Source: Anolis carolinensis
Lineage: Eukaryota
Direction of reading: 5' to 3'
DNA length: 64,000 nt
Assembly: GCF_035594765.1 (NCBI RefSeq)
Contig: NC_085841.1
Span: 24,473,636 to 24,537,635, forward strand
Numbering within the stretch: the first letter of the stretch is position 1; each line of letters begins with the position of its first letter. Made by a program: the position numbers and the translations under genes. Below, piece after piece: positions 52,758 through 64,000 of the stretch. The notes beneath the pieces are model-generated. The model was given only the letters and a program-made list of their open reading frames with translations, was not told where the DNA came from and ran no database searches.

Positions 52758-53262
52758 AGTACCACCACCCAGCAGCAAAGAACTGGTGGGATCACAAACC
52801 TGCAAAAGTATTGGAAAATGAGCACGCAAAGATACTGTGGGACTTCCGAATCCAGACTGACAAAGTTCTGGAACATAACACACCAGACATCACAGTTGTG
52901 GAAAAGAAAAAGGTTTGGATCATTGATGTTGTCATCCCAGGTGACAGTCGCATTGACGAAAAACAACAGGAAAAACTCAGCCGCTATCAGGACCTCAAGA
53001 TTGAACTTCAAAGACTCTGGCAGAAACCAGTGCAGGTGGTCCCGGTGGTGATGGGCACATTGGGTGCCATGCCAAAAGATCTCAGCCGGCATTTGGAAAT
53101 AATAGACATTGACAAAATTACGATCTGCCAACTGCAAAAGGCCACCTGACTGGGATCTGCGCGCATCATCCGAAAATACATCACACAGTCCGACACTTGG
53201 GAAGTGTTCGACTTGTGATTTTGTGATATGAAATCCAGCATATCTATCTTGTTTCCTGTGTC
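52758..53262 (+). mobile_element. R4/Dong-clade non-LTR 3' fragment with restriction-like endonuclease
   Basis: ILWDFRIQTD...HNTPDITVV...IIDV.IP...EKL.RYQDL (PD..D/E..K..Y REL motif). Confidence 0.88.
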
Positions 53263-53513
53263 AGTAGGTAGTATTTCATCAGCCAAAAGCAGGCCCACAT
53301 TTCTAATTGAAATACTGATAAGTTTATATTGGTTAAAAATGTTCTTCATTTTAAATATTGTATTTTTCTTTCATTTTATTTGCACTACAAGTAAGATATG
53401 TGCAGTGCTCATAGGAATTCATTCATCCCCCCCCCAAACTATAGTTCACTCCCTCACCCAAAGTCTGAGGGACAGTGACCTGAATCTCTGTTTAAAAGGT
53501 TTGAGGACCCCTG
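53263..53513 (-). mobile_element. hAT/Charlie terminal fragment, OposCharlie1-like
   Basis: Minus strand begins CAGGGGTCCTCAAAC.TTTTAAACAG...TCACTGTCCCTCAGAC; shorter relic at about 58760-58817. Family assignment is from memory. Confidence 0.55.
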
Positions 53514-56500
53514 CTCTACAGCACAGTAAGGAGGATTTCCCATCATTTTGGAGGTAAATCTAGGTGCATGGAGGATAGGAAGACACTGCCATCCTACATC
53601 CTCAGGTTGCCTTAGCCTGGGAAATCAAGATGGCTGTGATCCCCACATGTGGTGATCCATGATGGCAGTTTCCACTGCCAAAGCACCGGCAAAGGTCCAG
53701 ATCTTAACACAAGGTCAAGCTGGATTAAATGGCTTACCCTGGGTGAAATCACATTTGCCTGTGTGCATCGTTTGTACACACCAGGCTAATGTGTTTCTTA
53801 CACTGGATTTTATGGTGGTGTAGGTGCAGTCTTACTTAGAGAAAATAGGAAAAGAAATATTTAATCTAGGCTACTTAGTTCTAGCCAGAAGGTAGATGCA
53901 CAACCGAGCAGAGGGTGAGACCTGGTGCCTCTATATGTGGGAGGCAAGGAGGAAGCTTAAGTAAATGCTTTACACCACTTCCCTAAGAATCTTTGTTAAT
54001 TGCAGCAGCATATTCCTTAATCCTTGCATATTGTAGCAAGCTGTTGCTGTCTTATCTGAGACTGAGGTTTGCACTTCTCTTTTGTCTTGTATGGAGCTAA
54101 GGCTACCAAAACCGGAGATTCAGGGTCAGACCCTGAGATCTGACAACCCTAAGATCCTGAAGATAAACTATATTCTTTCTGACTATTAATGCTTTACAGC
54201 TTTATATCAAGTGCATTTCTATTATTCTTTGCTGCTGTTCAATTATCGCTTTTACTACATATTTGGTAGTTCATACTATATATCTTATGAAATTCACCTA
54301 TTGACAAAATTGGGCTGTACAGAGATAAAGTAAATAACTGAATAGTTGATAACGCTGAAAGAAAACATAGCCACTTTCTCACACATTCTGATCTTTTTAA
54401 TGCTCACAAATATTCCCACTTGTAGGAGTATAATAAACATTCCCTAAATGAAAGAGATTGAGAAGTCTTGTCCATCATGCAGAGTTGGATCCTAGGATAA
54501 TTCTCTATCACCCACATGTCCAGTTTTTTCATAAAAGAAAAATGTCTAATCAGTTTATAATCACGCAGTGTATCTGACTGACTAAACAATGGATCTCAAA
54601 TATTTATAGTTTGACACCACTTTAAATGCCATGGCTTAATGTTATGGAATCCTGGGAATTATAGTTTGATGAGGCATTGGCACCCTTTATCAGAGAAATG
54701 TAAAGACTTCACAAAAGGACAATTCCCATGATTCCATAGTATTGAATAATGTCAGTAAAAATGGTGTCAAATTAATCCTACAGTGTAGATGCACTATTAA
54801 ACTTCTGAGAGCAGTTTTCCCCAGCAAAACACCCTACAAATGTGCTGCATCACAGCTCCCATCATCCTCAATTAGCATATTCTTGATGTCTGGGGTTGAT
54901 AAAACGTCTGGTAGTCAGTCAGTTGATAAGAGTTCTGTGGATCTGGTGGTGGTCACTAGGTTTGGAAAGGTTGGCTAGCCACCAGCAACCCAGAAACAGC
55001 TCTTTCATTTGAGAGACAATGACTTGTCCAGTGAATGTTCTTAACCAAGCAGGTGTGGAGTTTTCCAGCCCTAGCAATCTTTTCACCCTCCATTTTGCAC
55101 TATGAATAAAGTAATCAGAGTTTCTCTTCAGCTCTAGTTTCAAAAATCTTTCAGTAGGGGGAGAAAAAGCCTTTGTTCCGGGTGCCATCTTCAAATAAAG
55201 CAAGTGTGGTGAGATAGAAAAGGCGAGTGCCCCGGAGATGTGGCTGAGAGTTAGCAGCCCTCCAGACAATTGAGAATGAAGCAAATGTGAACTGCAGAAC
55301 AATTTAAGCGAAAGGAATTAGTGTCATTTCTTCCTCAGTGGAGGAATTGCTTATGTAACACCACCTCCCTGTGGGAGCATCATCCAGTTGTCCCCAAGCA
55401 AGGGTGCCATCTTCTGAGTAGCAGTTCTCATAACAACGGGAGTCATAGGATTAGAAGCATGCCAAGGTATATTCAAAAAGAAAAAGGAGAAGAAGAATCC
55501 CTAATCTATCATGACTATCAAGTCTGGACAAATAGCCTTCTCATACAGAGTTGGCTTCCTTCCTTCCAAGATACGGTAGTAACCTGGTTTGTTTTCTCAA
55601 GGGTCTTTATGAACCATAGCAAAAGAAAACACAACCAGTATTGGGAGGAAGATAAACTTGTAAACCTACCATTCTGAGTACAGGTTGTCAACCATATCTC
55701 AGCATGGCATGTGGTTTTTATTTTTGTTTTTTGCAGATCAGCTAAAATCTACCAACTCTCTGTTTGGCTACCCATATATGGTTTGTGATTGGGGTTGGCT
55801 TTGGTAGAGGGGTTCTTAAAATATGCAGGAGCCAGTTTGGCATAACTATTTGAATGTTGGACTATGACTCTGAAGTGGATTTCAAAACCTACTGGGTGAC
55901 CCTGGGCAAGTCACACACTCTCAGCTCCAGAAAACCATGTGATAGGTTTGTCTTGTGTTTGCAGTAAGTTGGAAAGGATTTGAAGGCACACAACAACAAT
56001 AGTGAATTACTTCAGAAGTGGAAACCAAGAGATTTTGCTAGGTGGAACTTACCTCTCTCCTAAGATACTTTATTTTGAATTGTTTGGCAGCATAGGGAAA
56101 GGCTAGTTGAATAATCAGTTAGCAAATCCCACAGAACATACAGTTAACATATCATTGATGTTGATGGCTTATAACCTGGCAGATAATCGGGGTTGCCAGA
56201 GTTAAAATCTTTAGTACTTGTATAGGAGGAGGAATTGCAGCAGGTGTTGCTTTTTATTCTAGTTGCATGACAAGCAACGGGTTACTGAAATTCCCTTTTC
56301 TAGACAACCATTAAAGGTACAGGCCATGGAAGAGAACCAAGATTGCTTTCACTCAAGCCCACACAAATAACATTATTATAAAGCTAATGCCTAAAAGAAA
56401 TAGCAATAACAATTGCTATTGATAGCTCATTTCTACTATCTTGGGAGGGAAAAAGCACAAAGAAGAGACTTCTTATTAGATGGAACATGTACTCCAGCTT

Positions 56501-57212
56501 GCTGCTTGATCAGATATGCTACAACCTTTCCTTCATAGTAGATTTTAAGCCTCTGAAATTGTACAGAGAGTGGATTTCATTTTTTAAAGCCTAATCTTTT
56601 CCTTTAGAAATGAGTTTGACTAGATCAGAATCTGCTGCTAGAATGGGTTTAGGATTTTCAGGTTTAGATAGTACATTGGAGTATTTCATCTTCAAGCAGA
56701 GCAGAGATGGCACTTATCATGGGTTTTGTGAGCATTTCTGGCGGAACTCTCTTTATTGTATACCTCCAGCAAAGCAGAATTTATCACTTCCTAAGTTGTT
56801 ATGGCAACTCTATGGAGGACCTATCAAGGGGTTTTCTAGGGCTGAGAGGTGTGATTCATCCAGTGTATTTCCATAGCCGAGCAGGGATTTGAACCTTGGT
56901 CCAAACCTAAATCCATTATACCACTGATCATGTTTGGTAGACCTATTATTAAAAACTAACATCATGCATACATGAAATGAAACAGGCCAGGTAAGTCTTG
57001 CATAAGTTAACAGACATTTTGAAGCTTCTTGACATCACTTGAAAGTTTCTTCCAAAATCGGAGTACATTTTTCTTTCAACAGTTTCTTTTTTCTTTTGAT
57101 TTCCAATTTGGTGATGAAACTTCCATATTTATGCTTTTTCAACCTGTCAGAGTAGCTAGTAAGGCAATCTAACTCACTTTCCCCCTTTCTTTCTACTTTG
57201 CTTGCCACATAT

Positions 57213-57472
57213 TTTGTGTCAGGAGCAACCAGAGTTGCTTCTGGAGTGAGAGAATTGGCTGTCTGCAAGGACACTGCCCAGGGGACGCCCGGATGTTTTG
57301 ATGTTTTACCATCCTTGTGGGAGGCTTCTCTCATGTCCCCGTATGGAGCTGGAGCTGATAGAGGGAGCTCATCCGTGCTCTCCCCAGGTGGGATTCGAAC
57401 CTGGCAGCCTTCAGGTCAGCAACCCAACCTTCAAGTCACAAGACTTTTATCCCCTAGGCCACCGGAGGCTCC
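57213..57472 (-). mobile_element. A-tailed tRNA-headed SINE
   Basis: 13-bp TSD GCTTGCCACATAT; B box GGTTCGAATCC on the minus strand. Confidence 0.88.
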
Positions 57473-59249
57473 GCTTGCCACATATGGTACGTAGTGATTG
57501 GAAGCCTTTAAACAGAGGCTGGATGTCCATCTGTTGGGGGTGCTTTGACTGTGTAGTCCAGAAGGGCAGGGGGTTGAACTGATGGCCCTTAGGGTCTCTT
57601 CTAGCTTTATGATGCTATGGAAGCAGCTGTTTACCTTGCCTTTTGAACATAAGTGCACACAAATACAGAAGGGTCATCTAGAGTAAAATCCCATTCTCTA
57701 TCAGGTCAGGCATTGTTTACTGCAAACACAATGCTACAATTCAACACCGAAAGTCTGTTTTTCTCCAGCCGCATTTGGTCATCTTTCCAATGCCAATGCA
57801 GCAAATAAACTTCTAGCTGGGGCTGGGCAGAAGGCAAGAAAAGGAGAACTGAGCTGAGCTCCCATAAAAACATTTTGTAAAGAGGAGCTTCTTTGTCAGG
57901 GGCTTTCTTAGCTGTACTTCTAACAGTTTGTGACTGGCCATGGAAAGTTACAGAAAGTGATATGACCAAGAGGGGAAATGCTCATGTGAATCTGCAGTAA
58001 AGATTCTAACTGACTTTAGCACTCTCTGGAGCTACTGGATAGGCACGTAGAGTTTATTTTTCTTTATATTACTTTGTTTAAAAGTCTTTTCTGCTCTGAT
58101 GGTTCTTTCTGCCCTTCAGTAATGTTGCTTTCTTGCTCTGTTCTTTATTTTACTTGAGATGGTTTGTATTGTCTGTCTTCATCTAGATCATCTTGTTCCT
58201 GGTTTTCTGCCTTCTTAATCCCTGTTAGCACAAATCCTGCCTTTCCTGCCAGAGTTTAATACACACAGGGAGATACATTAGGCACAGAAACAAAGGAAAG
58301 GCAATTCTTTGCTGTATGTTTGTAAACATATTCCCAAGTTTTGAAGGCAGCTATTGATAGCAGAACATCCACTCACTGGGCATCCTCCAGAGACAAGGCC
58401 GGCCAGTTCAAAGCAGATAATCTGGAATCAGATCCTGGGATATAGGAGCAGTGTGGAAGAGGAATCAGGCTAAACCTACACTGCCCTATATCCCAGGATC
58501 TGATCCCAGATTATCTGATTTAAACTGGATTATAAGAGTCCCCACTGCCATATAATCTGGGATAAAAAGACAATCTGGGATTAGATCCTGGGATATAGGG
58601 CAGTGTAGATCCAGCCTCAGATTTAAGTTTTGAACAAAGGAAATTAATTTTAAAATGTGACTGGAAGTGTGAAAAGCCAGTTAAAGTCCAAAAAGAGTTG
58701 AGGAGGGAGTTTCAAGGAGACTTGCCAGAGTCGAATTAGTGATTCGTTGGAATCCCTCGCTCCAAGGTCTGAGGGACAGTGAACTAGCCCCCTGTTGAAA
58801 AAGTCTGGGGACCACTGGTGTATACAGACGGGGATTGGGGGTGATTGCCCTGGGGATCTGGGAGTTGTAGTTCACTCCTATCCAGAGAACATTGAACTCA
58901 GATGATAACGTATCTCGACCAAACTTGACATATAGACCCAACATGGCCAACTGTGCATACTGGCAGGGTTTGGGGAGTGATTGCCCTGGAAATCTGGGAG
59001 TTGGAGTTCACTCTTATCCAGAGAACACTGAACCCAGATGAAAACGTATCTGGACCAAACTTGGCACACAGACCCAGCATGGCCAGCCTGGGGCTAATAG
59101 CAGGAGCTCACTCTGCTCCCCGGATTCAAACTGCCAACCTTTTGGTCAGCAAGTTCAGCCGCTCTGTGGTTTAATCCACTGCGCCAGCAGGGGCTTCACC
59201 CAAGGAATACCCTAGTAATAATAATGAACCCTGAAGGCCAAATACAAAT

Positions 59250-60140
<891 letters not shown>

Positions 60141-62632
60141 TCCAGAGATAAGGTTTTTCTCATTTTAATTCCACCAGGCTGAAAATGAGGTTTATTTCAA
60201 AACTCATTTATAGAGAAAAGCACATGCCTTAATTTGGCAAGGACAGTCCAAATTAATCCTCGGTCACCACATTATTGTAGCTATTTCAAAAAGTCCTGGT
60301 TTCTCCCTCCTCCTTCCACTTTCCCCCTTTGTCCTTAACTTTCTTCAATTGCTGCAAACTAATTCAAAGTGCAAAGGAGTTTGCACTGAGCAGGTGAGAG
60401 AAGAAGGAAACAATCTTGCCCTTCCCAAGAGATTCAGGCAAAACCAAACTACCGCAATGTGTTCTAGCTTGCCCATTCTTTTTCACTGATAATTTTTGTC
60501 ATCTTGACCGCACTCTGATGTTGCTTGACCACAGATTTTTCTATTCTTATCTGTAAATGTTTTAGGATACTAGTATATTCATCTGAAGAACCACTGAAAT
60601 ATTGCAGTGTATTTTATAAATGCCCAATGAAGTCCTCAAGTATGACTATGCCTCCAAAATTAAGCAGAAGCCATTGTGTTCTTGCACAGCAGAGAGAGAA
60701 AATGTAGAACTTATTTGTCCTACCGGCTGGATAGTATATAAATGAAATTTTACAACTTGATTTAAGTTGAATGGACCAATATTTTAGTTACTATTCATAC
60801 AGAAAGGCACAAGAGAAGATAAAATTGAACACACTCACAGCAGCACAAAGTCTTAGATCATTCCTGCTTCAAAGAGTCTAATCCAACCCATCCTTTGTCT
60901 TACTTGGTGTTCATCTTGCTTTTGGAATGTGTCTTTATTGTCTTATGTTTTTCTCAAGCATGGATATGTCAGTAATTTATGTATTTTCACGGTAGTCCCA
61001 CAACATAAATGCCTCCGTTCATCGTTGCCTTCCTGCCCTTTTATGTATTTGGGTGGCTTCCAGAATCTCTGTGTCAATGATGTCTCTCCCTCATTGTTCC
61101 ATCTCTTAACATGCTATCACTTGAAATACAACCGGTGTTTTCAGAAGCTCTGTATTCAGCATACCCTTTGGGGCATGGAGAAACCCTATGGCTTCTTACA
61201 GAACTGTTAGAAATGCTGTAAATTTATTGCTATGCTCCAATCAGCTATGAATCAGACATATGAATATTTCACAGAAGGTCATCCTGGTTAATGAACAAGT
61301 GTTCCATCCTGAAAATGCAGAAGCAGAAAAGAAATGTTTCTCATTTTCATGGCGGAGTTGTCTGACATAGAACTGTGAAAATATGGCCTCTTCAAATTCT
61401 CCATTCCCCATGTTGGCTAAGAAAGGGAAATTTATCAATGGGATTGGGAAATTATCCAATAGTTTCTCATGTGATGCCACTTCTGTTGGCAGCCTGGCCA
61501 TCATTTTGTATCTGTACACTGTTCGCAAATGGCTTTAATATCCCAAAAGAACCAGATCCTGGCTAATCCTGGAAGTTCCATAAGATCAGCCCTGGTTGGT
61601 ATTTGGATGGGAGACAGCCAACAATCACTAAGTGATGCAGGCTATACCTGAAAAAAGGAATAAGCAAAAACACCTTTGACTGTTCCTTGCCCAAAAAGAT
61701 TTGTGGGGCTGCCATAAGATGACAGGTAACGCACACACTGACCTGAACCTTATGCCACTGTGGCACATTTTGTTTGTCTGGTTTGTGTTGTGTTGCTCAG
61801 GGGGAGAAGTGAGGACACAGGGATGGAGAATATATATTTATAATTCAGCAAAATGGCATTAGCTGTTCTGACTTTTTTTCATGTTCTCTTTTTGTGCTGC
61901 TGAGCATCTCCAGATCCAGCAATGGAGGCACATGATGTAGAGAAAGTCTTGGCAGCCACACCTAGACTGCAGTCCAACATTTCCTCGATGGAGTATATCC
62001 AACGGATGGAGAAATGCTGTGTGAGCACCACGCAATGCCCATGCAGAATAGCAAAATTGTGCAACACATACAAATGCCTCCTTGCTGATGTATCATGCTC
62101 AATATAGCAAGCACATATGTGCAACACCATTTCTACCACTGTGATAGTGATTTTTTGGTCTCACATATCTAGCATGATTTACGCATACAAATGTTTCTAA
62201 CTGGATGCCTGTCATAATTTCCAAGATCACAACATAAAGCAATGTCATACTAGACACTATGAAGGGAGGGATTAAACATGAGACAAGGCTGCCATATTTG
62301 GCAGCAGCAGCATTGTGTCAACTAATCTCTGTCACTAGAATTCATGGGCTACAATTCTTGGACTACAAAATGGTATTAAATTAAAAGGGTTTTACAGTGA
62401 TTTTAGCATTGGACTGTGACTTTGGAGACCAGGGTTCGAGTCTTTGCTTGAGCATAAAACTGAACGGGGAGGTCACACTCTCTCAGCCTCTGATGAAGGC
62501 AATGGCAAACCTATTCTGAACAATCTTTGCCAAACTGATAGTTTCACTTTAGGATAGCCATAAGTCAGACACAACTTGAAGGCACACAAAAATTTGACAC
62601 AACCACAAACAAAACAATAGAGCCAATAACAG

Positions 62633-63005
62633 AATGATAGAATCATAGTATCATAGAGCTGGAAGAGAGTGCAAAGGCCATCAAGTCCAACTCCATTCTG
62701 CCATGCAGGAATACACACTGAAAATACTCCCGACATATGTCCATCCAAACTTTGCTTAAAAATCTCCAAAGAAGATGACTCCACAACAGATCAATACAAC
62801 CTCTTCAACTGTCAAACAGCTCTTGCCATCAGGAAGTTCTTCCTAATGTTTAGGTGGAATCAGTTTTCCTGTAGTTTAAATCCATTGTTCCATTGTGTCC
62901 TTAGTCTCTAGAGCAATAGAAAACAAGTGTGCCTGCTCGTCAATATGGCTACCCTTCAAATATTTAACCATGGCTGTCATGTCCCCGCTTAACCTTTGCT
63001 CTCCA
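62633..63005 (-). mobile_element. Degraded CR1 3' end
   Basis: FHLNIRKNFL..RAV.Q remnants and CR1 tail. Confidence 0.8.
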
Positions 63006-63030
63006 ATGTAAGAACACATTAGTATATTTA

Positions 63031-63805
63031 TGAGGTTGAATGAAAAGTAATGCTTCCACCTTCGTAACTCCTCAACAGATGGCAGTACTGGTATGCAGCA
63101 GGTACTGGCTTGTTCAGTAGACTCTCCTCTACAGTTCCATTTGGCAGGAAGCCTTAGCATTGAACGGCTGTGCTGTTAAAGTGTGAAGTATGGAACCCTG
63201 CGCAGACGGTCAGTCAAAGTGCCTTAAGCAATGTGCAATAATTAAATTCTTGAAAGCAGAAGGTGTCATCTCAAAGGAGATTCATCAGAGAATGCAAGCT
63301 GTTTATGATGATTGTGTTGATGTGAGTGCTGTGCGACGTTGGGTGAGTAAGTTTAAAGATGTTGAGGTGGGAACATCTGACTTGCGTGACAAACAGAGTT
63401 GGGCGTCCTATGATAGCAACCACAGAGGTTCACAAGCAAAAGTTTGACAGATTGATTCAGGATGACGGTTGTATCACTCAGAGAGAAATTTCAAGCATAA
63501 TCGGCATTTCACAAGAACGTGTGGGTCACATCATTACTTTGCTTGGCTATTGGAAGATCCATGCATGACGAGTACTGTGAGATGCTAGTTGCAGAAACAG
63601 AGTGTCGACTTCTTCCGTGACAGCTTCAGAAATCTTGTTCATCATTGGCAGAAATGTATCCAATTGTCTGGTGATTATGCGGAAAAGTGAATAGTGGTAG
63701 TTAAAGAGAGCATTCTAAGGATTATTTCTGTGTTTAATTTATTAAAATATTCCCATCCAAACCCAAATAACGAAGATGGAGGCATTACTTTTCATTCAAA
63801 CCTCG
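63031..63805 (+). mobile_element. Internally deleted mariner transposon
   Basis: TA-flanked ~35-bp TIRs; frameshifted HTH N-terminus (EIHQRMQAVY...VRRWVSKFK...ITQREIS..IGIS) joined to the C-terminal LVHHWQKCIQLSGDYAEK; catalytic DDD domain missing. Confidence 0.9.
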
Positions 63806-64000
63806 TAGATTTGAATCCCACTTTAACCATAACGCTCACTAAATATCTTAATCCAATCGCTATCTCTAAGACAAATGTTCTCTTTCAAAGTTGTTGTCAG
63901 GACATAAATGGGATGCTTCACATGCCACCTTTGAGTTCTTCAGAGAAAGAATTGCATATGCATACAAATCAAATTAGCATTTGTTTCTGCTTAGTCATGA

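Noticed and set aside
1-59000. GABRA5 exons, the expected head-to-head neighbour of GABRB3
   Set aside because: No recognisable alpha-5 coding sequence on the minus strand; probably further left.

Overview
Vertebrate genomic DNA, almost certainly a squamate (Anolis-type) lizard, judged from Sauria SINEs and RTE, CR1, L2, R4/Dong, Penelope, hAT, Harbinger, mariner and Helitron elements. Most of the window is TE-rich intergenic sequence upstream of GABRB3. Its GC-rich promoter and signal-peptide exon 1 lie at about 59.3-60.1 kb on the + strand, but the exon has no GT donor and exons 2/3 are not visible. The left edge holds the 5' LTR and intact gag start of a Tf1/sushi-type Ty3/Gypsy element. 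Main observations: (1) three divergent Gypsy LTRs keep a homologous reading frame in U3, an acidic linker ending in an HMGN-like RRSxRI motif with an excess of synonymous changes; (2) a tRNA-independent self-priming signature with a co-varying hairpin; (3) an intronless ANXA1 mRNA fragment embedded in a hammerhead-bearing Penelope inverted repeat; (4) a broken GABRB3 5' end, probably an assembly gap. Repeat family names come from recognition of motifs and termini, not from a database search.
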